Assembly (NCBI GenBank): GCA_965219085.1 | Contig: OZ244720.1 | Coordinates: 2,176,001-2,240,000, forward strand | DNA: 64,000 nucleotides | Source: Dehalococcoidia bacterium | GTDB taxonomy: Bacteria; Chloroflexota; Dehalococcoidia; UBA2979 | Direction: 5' to 3' | Notes under the pieces: generated by a model | Database searches by the model: none | The model's input: only the letters and a program-made list of their open reading frames with translations | What the model was told of the DNA's origin: nothing | Position numbers and translations under genes: made by a program | Shown: piece by piece, positions 37,832-48,043 of the stretch | Position numbering within the stretch: position 1 is the stretch's first letter | How the letters are laid out: each line of letters starts with the position of its first letter

Positions 37832-39760
37832 TCAGGCGTAGATGTCGAGGCGGTCGCGCGTGAGCCGTTCGCCGAAGGTCTCGCGCAGCACGTCGAAGCG
37901 GTCGATGTCGACCTCGCTGACGAAGGAGATCGCCTTGCCATCGCGGCCGGCGCGACCCGTGCGGCCGGTGCGGTGCACGTACTCCTCGGCGTTGTCCGCG
38001 GCGTCGAAGTTCACGACGTGCGTGATCTCGGGGATGTCGAGCCCGCGCGCGGCGACGTTGGTGGCGATCAGCAGGTCGAGCTCGCCGGAGCGGAAGCTCT
38101 GCACGACGCGGTCGCGCTTGCGCTGATCCATGTCGCCGTGCAGTGCGCCGACCTTTACGCCGAGCCCGTACAGTCGCTCGGCGAGGCGGTCCACACCGCG
38201 CTTGGTGCGGGAGAACACCAGGGTGCGTCCACGCAACTCGCGGTCGATGAGCTCGCGCAGGCCGCGCACCTTGTCGCGCTCCGCGACCTCGAAGTAGACG
38301 TGGTCGATGGACTCGACGGTCTCGAGTTCGGAGGCAACGGCGATGGTCTCGGGCTGGTCCATGTACCGCCGCACGAGGCGCATCACGTTGTGGGGCATGG
38401 TGGCGGAGAAGAGCGCGGTCTGCCGGCTGCGCGGCGTGCGGCCGAGGATATGCGTGATGTCGGGCAGGAACCCGATGTCGAGCATCTGGTCCGCCTCGTC
38501 CAGTACCGCGTAGCGGATGCCGCTCAGCGAGAGCGTGCGACGCCGCAGGTGGTCCTTGATGCGCCCCGGTGTGCCGACGATGACGTGCGGGTTGGCGTCG
38601 AGTGCGCGGAAGTCGCCCTGCAGGGCGTGCCCGCCGAGCAGCCCGACGGTGCGCAGCCCGAACGGCCGCCCGATGTCGGTGAGCACCGCGAGCACCTGCT
38701 GCGCGAGCTCCCGCGTGGGCACGAGCACGAGCGCCTGCGCCTCGGCGCGCGAGGGGTCGAGCCGTTCGGCCATGGGGAGCCCGAAGGCGAGCGTCTTGCC
38801 GGTGCCGGTCTGAGCGATACCAACGACATCAAGACCCTCGAGCAGCACGGGAATGGAGCGCGCCTGTACCGGCGTCGGCTCGGTGAAGCCCATCTCCATC
38901 ACCGCGGCGAGCGAGCGGTCGGAGAGGCCGAGCGCCCGGAACGCCTCTGGCGCTACCGCGGGGTCGACGTGGAGTTCGGGCGGGCTGTCCTCGATGGGAT
39001 CGTCGGCGACGTCGGCATCCGTCTCGTCTGGCGCCGGGTCGGGCGCGGCGCCGTTGTCGTCGCCGTTCGAAGAGCGGTTGCGGCCGCGTCCGCCGCGGCG
39101 TCCGCGCCGCCGCCGACTCGCCGGTGTGGGCTCCGATGTCGGGTCGGCGACGGCTTCATCCGTGGCGGCCGTAGCCGTGGGAGATTCGTCGGCCCGATCG
39201 GGCGGCTCCTCCGGAGCGCTGGGGGCGGGGGGCGCATCGCCGTTGCCGAGTACGGGCAGGTTGCGCTGGCCGCCGACCCACACGCGGGGCGTGGTACGCG
39301 GGCCGGGAGGCCGCCGGCGGCGGCCGGGCAGGATCGTGTCGTCGCCGCCCTCTGCGGCCGGGCGGAACGCCACGTCCTCCGGCAATGGCTCATCGAGGTT
39401 GCGTCGCTGCGGGCGGCCGCGTCTACGGTCATCGCGACCACGGCGGTCGTCGCGGCCACGGCGGTTGTCGCGACCACGGCCGTCGTCCCGGCCACGGCCG
39501 TCGTCGCGGCCACGGCGGCGGTCCTGGCTGGTCGAGCGGGTCGAGGTCTGGTCGTTGGTTCGAGGTCGTGAGTCGGTCAGGGTTTGCGTGGTCGTGGTTC
39601 CTTCGTGTTGCTGGGCGTCGTTGCGCCGTCCGCGGCCGCGTCCGCCGCGTTTGCCGCGCCGGCGCTTGCGGCCGGGCTCGGGGGGCGCCGAAGCGCGCTC
39701 AGCCGTGATGCGGGGTGGTGCGAGCAGATCACGGATGCGGCCGAACAGGCTCACCGGCAT
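37832..39760 (-). CDS. DEAD-box RNA helicase with long disordered N-terminal extension
   Basis: Q-motif (F..LGL...PTPVQ), AQTGTGKT, PTRELA, TPGR, DEAD, SAT, ARGLD, HRTGRTGR. Confidence 0.92.
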   Translation of the reverse strand: MPVSLFGRIRDLLAPPRITAERASAPPEPGRKRRRGKRGGRGRGRRNDAQQHEGTTTTQTLTDSRPRTNDQTSTRSTSQDRRRGRDDGRGRDDGRGRDNRRGRDDRRGRDDRRRGRPQRRNLDEPLPEDVAFRPAAEGGDDTILPGRRRRPPGPRTTPRVWVGGQRNLPVLGNGDAPPAPSAPEEPPDRADESPTATAATDEAVADPTSEPTPASRRRRGRRGGRGRNRSSNGDDNGAAPDPAPDETDADVADDPIEDSPPELHVDPAVAPEAFRALGLSDRSLAAVMEMGFTEPTPVQARSIPVLLEGLDVVGIAQTGTGKTLAFGLPMAERLDPSRAEAQALVLVPTRELAQQVLAVLTDIGRPFGLRTVGLLGGHALQGDFRALDANPHVIVGTPGRIKDHLRRRTLSLSGIRYAVLDEADQMLDIGFLPDITHILGRTPRSRQTALFSATMPHNVMRLVRRYMDQPETIAVASELETVESIDHVYFEVAERDKVRGLRELIDRELRGRTLVFSRTKRGVDRLAERLYGLGVKVGALHGDMDQRKRDRVVQSFRSGELDLLIATNVAARGLDIPEITHVVNFDAADNAEEYVHRTGRTGRAGRDGKAISFVSEVDIDRFDVLRETFGERLTRDRLDIYA

Positions 39761-39954
39761 TCCTCAAAGTCACGGGCATGCGAGGGGGCACAAGTGCTCG
39801 CCGGAGTGGAGCCCGGCCGTCGAACCCGTAGCGGTGTGCGAACAGTGCGGAACCCGACGCTCTGGGGGCCGGGCGACGCCGTGTGCTGCGTCATCGAGCC
39901 TGAGTATAACAAGTCTTGCGCTGCGCGATAGAGAGCCATTCGCTCCGGGCCCGC

Positions 39955-40827
<873 letters not shown>

Positions 40828-40874
40828 GGCGCGATGATAGGGCGGCGCACGGCGTGCGCCCAGCCGCCCCGGAG

Positions 40875-41867
40875 CTAGTCGCGCTCCGGCCGCAGGTGCC
40901 CGCCGAGGGGTGCATCGAGGGTGAGGCGCTCCTCCACCGGGAGGAAGCACACCAGCTCGTCACACGCCTGGTAACGCACCTCGATGCCGATCGGGACGCT
41001 GTCGTCGCCGTCGGGCGCTTCGCCGTTGCGGTAGGAAAGCGGCACGCGGATGTGGATGTCACCCTCGAAGACCTGCAGCTCCTCGCCGACACCCTCCACG
41101 AACAGCGGGCGCGTCGCCGGCATGATGGGCGTGTCTGCCCGTAGCCCCTCGGGGCCCGTCACGGTCACGCTCGTCGCGACGAGGCCGTCGGGCACGGGTT
41201 CGCCGTACGCATGCTGCCCCGCGGGCAGGTCGATGCGCACGAGCAGGTCGACGCGGCGGAACGGCTTGAGTTCGCGGCTGCCGAGCGAGGCGCTGACCGC
41301 GCCGCCGCCGTCGGCCGACGGGTAGCCCTCGAGGTCGTACCACTCACCGAGGTCGCCGCGGATGATCATCTCGGCGCTCTCGCGCACCCGGTAGTTGGTG
41401 TTGAAGTGCTTCTGCGCGATGCGGCCTTCGGCGTCGGTGAGGTAGGCCCCGGGGAACGGCATGCCGTAGAGGCGATGGTCCTCGGGCACATCGGTGTTGA
41501 GGATGCCGTACTGGTTGATCACCGCGGCGCCGGCGTCCGACAGCACCGGGAAGGTGACGCCGTAGCGCTCGGTGAAGCGCGCGATCACCTCGGTCGGCTC
41601 GGGCGAGACGGCGATCACGCGCACGCCCGCCTCGGCGAACGCATCGACGTGGTCCTGCAGCTCCACGAGCTGCGTGCGGCAGTACGGTCACCAACTGGTG
41701 CCGCGCACGAAGACGAGGAAGGCTCGACCGCCCCCGCGCGCCTCGTGCACGTCGACCTCGTTGCCGTGCTGGTCGGTCAGGGTGAAGCCGGGCAGCGGCT
41801 CGCCGATGTCCGGCCCGCTCGCGAAGGGCCTCACCGGATCGGGCGAGGCAGCCTGGGATGTCGTCAT
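40875..41867 (-). CDS. Putative selenoprotein: peroxiredoxin-like (AhpC/TSA) domain with UxxC plus DsbD-N-like C-terminal domain
   Basis: The two listed ORFs are in the same frame and join across TGA 41690-41688: FVRGTSW-U-PYCRTQLVELQ; C-terminal YQACDELVCFLP. Confidence 0.82.
41657..41673 (-). promoter_or_regulatory. SECIS-like hairpin
   Basis: GCAGCUC-GUG-GAGCUGC perfect 7-bp stem beginning 14 nt after the in-frame UGA. Confidence 0.6.
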
Positions 41868-41981
41868 GGGTGTGGGTCCTTCACGCGCGGATGAACGCTT
41901 CGCACATATGATCCTAGATGATCCTGGCAGCGCCCGTTCTCGTTGCGGCGGATACTGGCAAGCGGAACGGATCGGACACCG

Positions 41982-42413
41982 ATGGACGAGATCCCGCTGG
42001 AGAGGCCCGGGCGCCCGGCGACGCCGTTCGAACGCCTCGGCGGCCGTGACGCCCTCCACCGCATCATCGACGACTTCTACGGGCGGATCGGCGCCGACCC
42101 CGAGCTGCGCCCGATCTTCCCGGCGGACCTCGTGCCGGGGCGCGAGAAGCAGAAGCTGTTCCTGGAGCAGTGGCTGGGCGGCGAGCCGCTGTACGAGCGA
42201 GCGCACGGCCCCCCGATGATGCGACGCCGCCACCTGCCCTTCGCCATCACCGTGCCCGCCGCAGAGCGCTGGCTCGTCCACTTCGGCGCCGCCCTCGGCG
42301 CGGACGGGACGGACGCGAACCTGGCGGGGGAGATCATGACCGCGCTGCGCCCGGTGGCGATGCGGATGGTGAACACGCAGGAGGTGGAGGGACCGCCTGC
42401 GGCGGGCGGGTAG
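41982..42413 (+). CDS. Truncated hemoglobin (group II-like)
   Basis: FERLGG, FY.RI..DP.LRP.F, FL.QWLGG..LY...HG.P.MR.RHLPF.I. Confidence 0.88.
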   Translation: MDEIPLERPGRPATPFERLGGRDALHRIIDDFYGRIGADPELRPIFPADLVPGREKQKLFLEQWLGGEPLYERAHGPPMMRRRHLPFAITVPAAERWLVHFGAALGADGTDANLAGEIMTALRPVAMRMVNTQEVEGPPAAGG

Positions 42414-42417
42414 GGCT

Positions 42418-42562
42418 TTCTATCAAGTTGATAGAAGTTGAGAGGTGATTGATACTTGTGCGGCCCTGGCCGTGCTGGCCCGCGGCAGGCGTGGCGGGGC
42501 ATGGCGAAAGGCACTGTGATAGACTGGTATCAACCCGATAGATGCTGATAGGTGATTGATAG
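42418..42562. promoter_or_regulatory. Operator-like cluster upstream of fic
   Basis: Inverted repeat TTCTATCAA-G-TTGATAGAA (42418-42436) plus several GATA(G/C) boxes. Confidence 0.55.
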
Positions 42563-42567
42563 TCGCC

Positions 42568-43911
42568 ATGAAGTTCCCGCGGACGCCTCCATCGATCCCG
42601 GGCCTGCTGGCCCGGTTCGCCGACAGTACGGACGATCTACTCACGCTGTTCGGCCCAGGCCAGCCCGTCGACAGCCGAGGCCGCTACCTGCACTGGGACG
42701 AGCTACGCCGGCGCACCCCGCCGGCGGGCCTGACGCACGAGATGTGGTGGCTCCGCACCGCTGTTGCGCGGCGGACGATGGCGCGCGTCCTCCCGTTCTC
42801 GGACGTCGACGCCCGGCCGTTCACGTTCTGCAACATCGACCGGATCCAGGAGCTTGTGCACGGCATCGACCAGCAGGCGAGCGGTCAGATCGTCACTGAC
42901 GAGGTGGTCATGAACCTGCAGTCGAGCGACCGCTACCTCGTGAGCTCGCTCCACGAGGAGGCCATCACGTCGAGCCAGCTCGAGGGCGCGAGCACGACGC
43001 GGAGCGTCGCTAAGGAGATGCTGCAGAGCGGACGCCAACCGCGCGACCGCAGCGAGCAGATGATCCTGAACAACTTCCACGCCATGCAGGCCGCAGCCGC
43101 CCTTGCGGCGCGCGGTGGTCCGCTCACGCCCGGCGACGTCCTCGACCTCCATCGCACCGTCACGCACGACACGCTCGACCACGAGCCCGACGCGGGACGG
43201 CTGCAGGGACCGGACGACGAGCGCATCGCCGTCGTGTGGCAGGACGGCACGGTGCTCCACTGGCCGCCGCCGGCCGAGGAGCTGCCCGGCCGCCTCGAGC
43301 TGCTGTGCGAGTTCGCCAACGGGCTGAGCGGCGAGGGGTTCATCCACCCCGTGGTGCGCGCGATCCTGCTGCACTTCGCGCTCGCGTATGACCACCCGTT
43401 CGCCGACGGCAACGGGCGGACTGCGCGCGCGCTCTTCTACTGGTCGATGCTGCGCTCGGGCTACTGGCTCACGCAGTACCTCACGATCTCGAGCATCCTG
43501 CGCGGCGCGCCTACCCAGTACGCGCGGTCCTACCTGCACGTCGAGACCGACAGCGGCGACGTCACGTACTTCGTGCTGCACCAGCTCCACGTCATCGAGC
43601 GGGCGATCGCGAGCCTCGGCGAATACCTCGCGCGGAAGATGGACGAGCAGCAACGGGCCGAGCGGCTGCTGCGCGACCGCCACGACCTGAACCACCGCCA
43701 GCACGTGCTGATCAGCGACGCGCTGCGCAACCCCGATGCGTGGTTCACGATCCAGGCGCACGAGCGGCGGCACCGCGTCGCCTACGCGACGGCGCGCGCG
43801 GACCTGCTCGGCCTTGAGACGGCCGGGCTCTTCGCACGGCAGCTCGTCGGCAAACAGTTCGTGTTCCGGCCCTCCGGGGACCTCGCGGCGCAGCTCGACG
43901 GCGACGATTGA
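42568..43911 (+). CDS. Fic family protein with C-terminal winged HTH
   Basis: HPFADGNGRTAR catalytic motif; SSQLEG inhibitory-helix-like motif; C-terminal TARADLLGL. Confidence 0.9.
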   Translation: MKFPRTPPSIPGLLARFADSTDDLLTLFGPGQPVDSRGRYLHWDELRRRTPPAGLTHEMWWLRTAVARRTMARVLPFSDVDARPFTFCNIDRIQELVHGIDQQASGQIVTDEVVMNLQSSDRYLVSSLHEEAITSSQLEGASTTRSVAKEMLQSGRQPRDRSEQMILNNFHAMQAAAALAARGGPLTPGDVLDLHRTVTHDTLDHEPDAGRLQGPDDERIAVVWQDGTVLHWPPPAEELPGRLELLCEFANGLSGEGFIHPVVRAILLHFALAYDHPFADGNGRTARALFYWSMLRSGYWLTQYLTISSILRGAPTQYARSYLHVETDSGDVTYFVLHQLHVIERAIASLGEYLARKMDEQQRAERLLRDRHDLNHRQHVLISDALRNPDAWFTIQAHERRHRVAYATARADLLGLETAGLFARQLVGKQFVFRPSGDLAAQLDGDD

Positions 43912-44014
43912 CGGCCCGCCGGGCACGGGCGGGACGCCGGGCCGTGCAAGGCGGGCGCGAGGCTTCTATCGTTACGGCGCGCGACCGGGCGGGCCGCGCA
44001 AGGGGGGCCTCGAT

Positions 44015-46528
44015 ATGACCGGGCTGATGCCGCTTGACGACGTGCGTGTGATCGACCTCACCCACACCAGCGCGGGACCGTACTGCACCCGCATCCTCGG
44101 CGACTACGGCGCCGACGTGATCAAGGTCGAACGGCCCGGCGGTGATCCGGCGCGCGGGCTCCCGCCCTTCCCGGACGACGAGCCCCATCCGGAGCGGTCG
44201 GGCACGTTCCTGTTCCTCAACACCAACAAGCGCAGCGTCGTGCTCGACCTCAAGACCGACGAGGGGCGCGACACGCTGCTACGCCTCGTCGCCGGCGCCG
44301 ACGTGGTCGTCGAGAACTTCAAGCCGGGCACGATGGACCGCCTCGGCATCGGCTACGACGTGCTGCGCGGGGTGAACCCGAAGATCGTGCTGACCTCGAT
44401 CTCCAACTTCGGGCAGGACGGGCCGTACCGCGACTACGAGGCCATCGACCTCACGCTGTTCGCAATGGGCGGGGCGATGTTCGCGCAGGGCGACGTCGAC
44501 CATGAGCCGCTGAAGACGGCGGGCCGCATCACGAGCTACCACGGCGGCTACGTCGGCGCCCTCGCGACGGCCGTCGCGCTGCGCGCCGCCGCCGACCGCG
44601 GCGAGGGTGAACACCTCGACATCAGCATCTTCGAGACGGCGACGCACTCGATCGACATCCGGCTCGGGCGCTTGCTGGGGTTCCAGTACTCGGGACGCGT
44701 CGCTCCGCGGGCAGGGCGCACCTCCGGCGTCGGCACGGGCGTCTTCCCGTGCGCCGACGGCTTCTTCCTGTTGACGGGCGGACCAGCCTACATGCCGCGC
44801 ATGCTGCGCATGGTCGGCCGCGAGGACCTCCTCGAACACCCCGATTGGTCGACGCCCGCGGCGCTGGCCGCGCCCGAGCGCATCGAGGAGTTCATCCCGA
44901 TCCTGCTGCCGTGGGTGATCGAGCGCACGCGCGCCGAGGTCCGCGATGCCTGCCAGGAGGCGGGCGTCCTCGGCGGGCCGCTCAACACCATCGCCGACAC
45001 CTTCGAGGACCCCAACTTCACGCACCGCCAGTTCTTCCAGAGCATCGACCACCCGGAGACCGGCCCGCTCACCTACCCCGGCTTCCACGCCCGTCTCCAC
45101 CGCGAGGACGAGCCGATGCCGGAGCGTCGGCGCGCCCCGCTGCTCGGCGAGCACACCGAGGAGGTGCTGGCGGAACTCGAGACGTCGGCGCCCGCCGCGG
45201 CTTCGACGCCGCGCGTGTCGTCGTCCCAGAAGCGGCTGCCGCTCGAGGGGATGCGCATCCTCGACTTCACGGTGGTGTGGGCCGGGCCGTACTCGACGAT
45301 GCAGCTCGCCGACTGGGGCGCCGAGGTGATCCGCGTCGAGTCGATCATGCACCTCGCGCCCGCGACCCGAGGGCAGCTGGCGCGGCCGCCGCGCGACGCG
45401 GTGATCGCGCAGGGCAACGGCGGCATGGGCTTCCCCGACAACGACGCGGGCCCGCGCCCGTGGAACATGGCAGCCGCCTTCAACTGCCACGCCCGCAACA
45501 AGCTCTCGATGACCGTCGACATCACGCGGCCCGAGGGGCAGGAGGTGCTCGACCGCCTGCTCGCGATCTCGGACGGCGTGATCGAGAACAACCTGCCGCC
45601 CAACATCGAGAAGCAGGGCGTCACCTGGGAGCGGCTGTCGAGCGTGAACCCGAACCTCGTGATGCTGCGCATCCCCGGCTTCGGCATCGACGGCCCTTAC
45701 CGTGGCTACCGCACGATGGGCCACCACATGGAGGCGCTGTCCGGACACCCGGCGATCCGCAGCTACCCCGGCCTGAGCCTGGAGTACGCACCGACCGCCG
45801 TGCCGTCCGACGCCGCCTCGGGCATCGGCTCCGCGCTCGCCTTCCTCATGGGCATCCGCTACCGCGAACGCACCGGGCGAGGGCTCATGGTCGAGCTCGC
45901 CACGGCCGAGAACTTCATGCCGATGCTCGGCGAGTTCGTGCTCGACTACTCGATGAACGGCCGCCTCTGGGACCGCATGGGCAACGACCACTGGTGGCTG
46001 GCCCCGCACAACGTCTACCGCACGTACGGCGAAGACGCGTGGGTGACCATCGCCGTCCGCAACGAGGACGAGTGGCGGCGGCTCTGCGACGTGATGCGCC
46101 GCGACGACCTGGTCGCCGACCCGCGCTTCGCCGACATGGCGAGCCGTCACGCCAACCGCCGCGAGCTCGACGCCGAGATCTCCGCGTGGACCTCGAACAT
46201 CGACGCGCACTGGGTGATGCAGCGGCTGCAGCAGGTGGGGGTCCCCGCGGGCGTGGTGATGGACGAGGCTATTGCGTTCGAGGACCGCCAGCACGCTGCG
46301 CGCGGCTTCTTCCAGCAGATCGCGCACCCCGACGCGGGGACGCACATGAACGTCGGCCGCGCGTGGCGCGCGAGCGGCGCGCCGATGACGCCCGCCCGGC
46401 ACGCGCCGTTGCTCGGCCAGGACAACGAATACGTCTACCGTGAGCTGCTCGGCTTCACGGACGAGGAGTACGCGCGGTTCGAGGAGCTGAACCACATCGG
46501 GACGGAGTACCACCCCTCGATCCCGTGA
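44015..46528 (+). CDS. Fused double family III CoA-transferase (CaiB/BaiF)
   Basis: Two repeats of L.G/D.R.(I/L)D.T...AGP...GA(D/E)VI.VE...NK.S...APLLG; ATG at 44015. Confidence 0.9.
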   Translation: MTGLMPLDDVRVIDLTHTSAGPYCTRILGDYGADVIKVERPGGDPARGLPPFPDDEPHPERSGTFLFLNTNKRSVVLDLKTDEGRDTLLRLVAGADVVVENFKPGTMDRLGIGYDVLRGVNPKIVLTSISNFGQDGPYRDYEAIDLTLFAMGGAMFAQGDVDHEPLKTAGRITSYHGGYVGALATAVALRAAADRGEGEHLDISIFETATHSIDIRLGRLLGFQYSGRVAPRAGRTSGVGTGVFPCADGFFLLTGGPAYMPRMLRMVGREDLLEHPDWSTPAALAAPERIEEFIPILLPWVIERTRAEVRDACQEAGVLGGPLNTIADTFEDPNFTHRQFFQSIDHPETGPLTYPGFHARLHREDEPMPERRRAPLLGEHTEEVLAELETSAPAAASTPRVSSSQKRLPLEGMRILDFTVVWAGPYSTMQLADWGAEVIRVESIMHLAPATRGQLARPPRDAVIAQGNGGMGFPDNDAGPRPWNMAAAFNCHARNKLSMTVDITRPEGQEVLDRLLAISDGVIENNLPPNIEKQGVTWERLSSVNPNLVMLRIPGFGIDGPYRGYRTMGHHMEALSGHPAIRSYPGLSLEYAPTAVPSDAASGIGSALAFLMGIRYRERTGRGLMVELATAENFMPMLGEFVLDYSMNGRLWDRMGNDHWWLAPHNVYRTYGEDAWVTIAVRNEDEWRRLCDVMRRDDLVADPRFADMASRHANRRELDAEISAWTSNIDAHWVMQRLQQVGVPAGVVMDEAIAFEDRQHAARGFFQQIAHPDAGTHMNVGRAWRASGAPMTPARHAPLLGQDNEYVYRELLGFTDEEYARFEELNHIGTEYHPSIP

Positions 46529-46603
46529 CCGGCCGGCGCCCCAACGGGTGCGGCGAATCGCTCGTTCGTGCCGTAGAGTGGCGGCGCGCGCGAGAGGAGC
46601 GAG

Positions 46604-47296
46604 ATGGCCCAGCAGTCGCAGCCACGGCTGTTCATCGAGTCGTGTTACGCGCCCGATCAGCTCCAGACCGCGACGCAGGGACGGCGGCTCGCGGGCTATG
46701 TCGTGGACTCGATCATCGTATTGCTTACGTTCGGCTTCGGGTGGTTGGTGTGGCTCTTGCTCGTCGCGCCAAGGGGACAGTCGCCCGGCAAGCAGCTGCT
46801 CGGCATGTACATCGTGCGCGCGGACGGCACCCGCGCTGGCGGCGCGTACACGTGGGTCCGCGAACTGATCGTCAAGGTCCTGCTCTTCGGCGGCGTCTTC
46901 GCCGTCCTCGGCGCCGCCACGGGCGGCTTCGGGCAACTGCTGTGGGTGGTGCCGGCGCTGTGGTGCGTCTGGGACGCCCAGCGGCAGTGTCTCTGGGACA
47001 AGGTGGCCTCGACGTACATCGCGCACTCGCCACAGGGTTTCCGCCCGTTCACCGCCAATGAGATGCGCGTGCGAGGTGAGCAACCACCGGCGGCGGACGG
47101 GATCCCGACGGGCCGCGTCGAGCCCTCGGCGCCGCCTCCGCCGTCGGGACTGATGGACTACCCGCGCGACGCCGCGTCGATCCGGGAGCAGTCGACCGCG
47201 GACCGCTTGCGCGAGCTACAGCGTCTCCACAGCGAAGGCTCAATCACCGACGAGCAGTATGAGGAGCAGCGCGCGCAGATCATGGACCAGTTGTAG
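46604..47296 (+). CDS. RDD family membrane protein with C-terminal SHOCT domain
   Basis: RRLAGYVVD, GQSPGKQLLG, QCLWDKVAST; LRELQRLHSEGSITDEQYE. Confidence 0.85.
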   Translation: MAQQSQPRLFIESCYAPDQLQTATQGRRLAGYVVDSIIVLLTFGFGWLVWLLLVAPRGQSPGKQLLGMYIVRADGTRAGGAYTWVRELIVKVLLFGGVFAVLGAATGGFGQLLWVVPALWCVWDAQRQCLWDKVASTYIAHSPQGFRPFTANEMRVRGEQPPAADGIPTGRVEPSAPPPPSGLMDYPRDAASIREQSTADRLRELQRLHSEGSITDEQYEEQRAQIMDQL

Positions 47297-47328
47297 CGGC
47301 AGCTACCGCGCCTCCGTTCACCCCAGCA

Positions 47329-47357
47329 TTGACGCATTCACCCCTAGACTGTACGCT
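47329..47357 (+). promoter_or_regulatory. higBA promoter (probably leaderless)
   Basis: TTGACG-N17-TACGCT ending 6 nt before the GTG; TTCACCCC repeated at 47317 and 47337. Confidence 0.6.
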
Positions 47358-47363
47358 ACCTGA

Positions 47364-47657
47364 GTGGAGATTCGCTTCCGTACCCGGCGGTTGCAGCGAG
47401 CCTTCGAGCAGCCGAATCGCGCAGTCCGCGAGTGGGGCGCGGTCACTGGGCAGCGATACATCGACCGGGTGGAGACGCTGGAGACCACCGAGCGCGTGCA
47501 GGACCTGTTCGCGATCCGGCCGCTGGACTTTCACCCACTGACCGGCGATCGGCGCGGTCAGTATGCGCTACGGTTGACTGGACAGATGCGCATGATCGTC
47601 ACGATCGAGGACGGGCGGACGGTCATCGTCGAGGAAGTGGTGGACTACCATGGCTGA
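47364..47657 (+). CDS. higB: HigB (RelE/ParE family) toxin
   Basis: MEIRF...FHPLTGDRRGQYALRLTGQMR...EVVDYH; toxin-first gene order. Confidence 0.85.
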   Translation: MEIRFRTRRLQRAFEQPNRAVREWGAVTGQRYIDRVETLETTERVQDLFAIRPLDFHPLTGDRRGQYALRLTGQMRMIVTIEDGRTVIVEEVVDYHG

Positions 47658-47949
47658 CGAGACATTCCCCTACGTCGAATCGAGCGTCGCCGTCTCCCAT
47701 CCGGGCTCGCTGCTCGCCGAGGAACTCGAGGTGCGCGGCATGTCACAGCGTGAGCTCGCGCGGCGCATCGGTCGCCCGTTCCAGGTGGTCAACGAGATCG
47801 TACGGGGGCGCAAGGCCATCACCGCCGAGACCGCACTGCAACTCGAAGGCGAGTTCGGGACAAGGGCGTACATCTGGCTCGGCTTGCAGGCCAAGTACGA
47901 CCTCGCGGTCGCTCGCCGCAAGCGTGAGGCGTCCGCACGCGCGTCGTAG
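47650..47949 (+). CDS. higA: HigA HTH antitoxin
   Basis: HPG.LL.EEL...MSQ.ELA...NEIV.GRKAITAETALQL...WLGLQ..YDL. Confidence 0.9.
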   Translation: MADETFPYVESSVAVSHPGSLLAEELEVRGMSQRELARRIGRPFQVVNEIVRGRKAITAETALQLEGEFGTRAYIWLGLQAKYDLAVARRKREASARAS

Positions 47950-48043
47950 CTCTCGTCGCGCCCCCTCGCGCACCTCCCCATCCGCCCTCCGCGTGCCGTA
48001 GCCTGCGCACGGGCGCCGCGGCGCCGCGCGAGGGGAGACCATC

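Noticed and set aside
39805-39880. GGTTCGA on the minus strand suggesting a tRNA T-loop
   Set aside because: I could not build a cloverleaf, acceptor stem or D-arm; it is better explained as a stem in the helicase leader.
44279-47083. Very long antisense or alternative-frame ORFs (also 2191-3915, the upstream part of 7836-10553, 49771-51636, 55233-57086, 61614-63602)
   Set aside because: These are shadow ORFs expected from high GC3 codon bias; they overlap well-supported genes and have no motifs.
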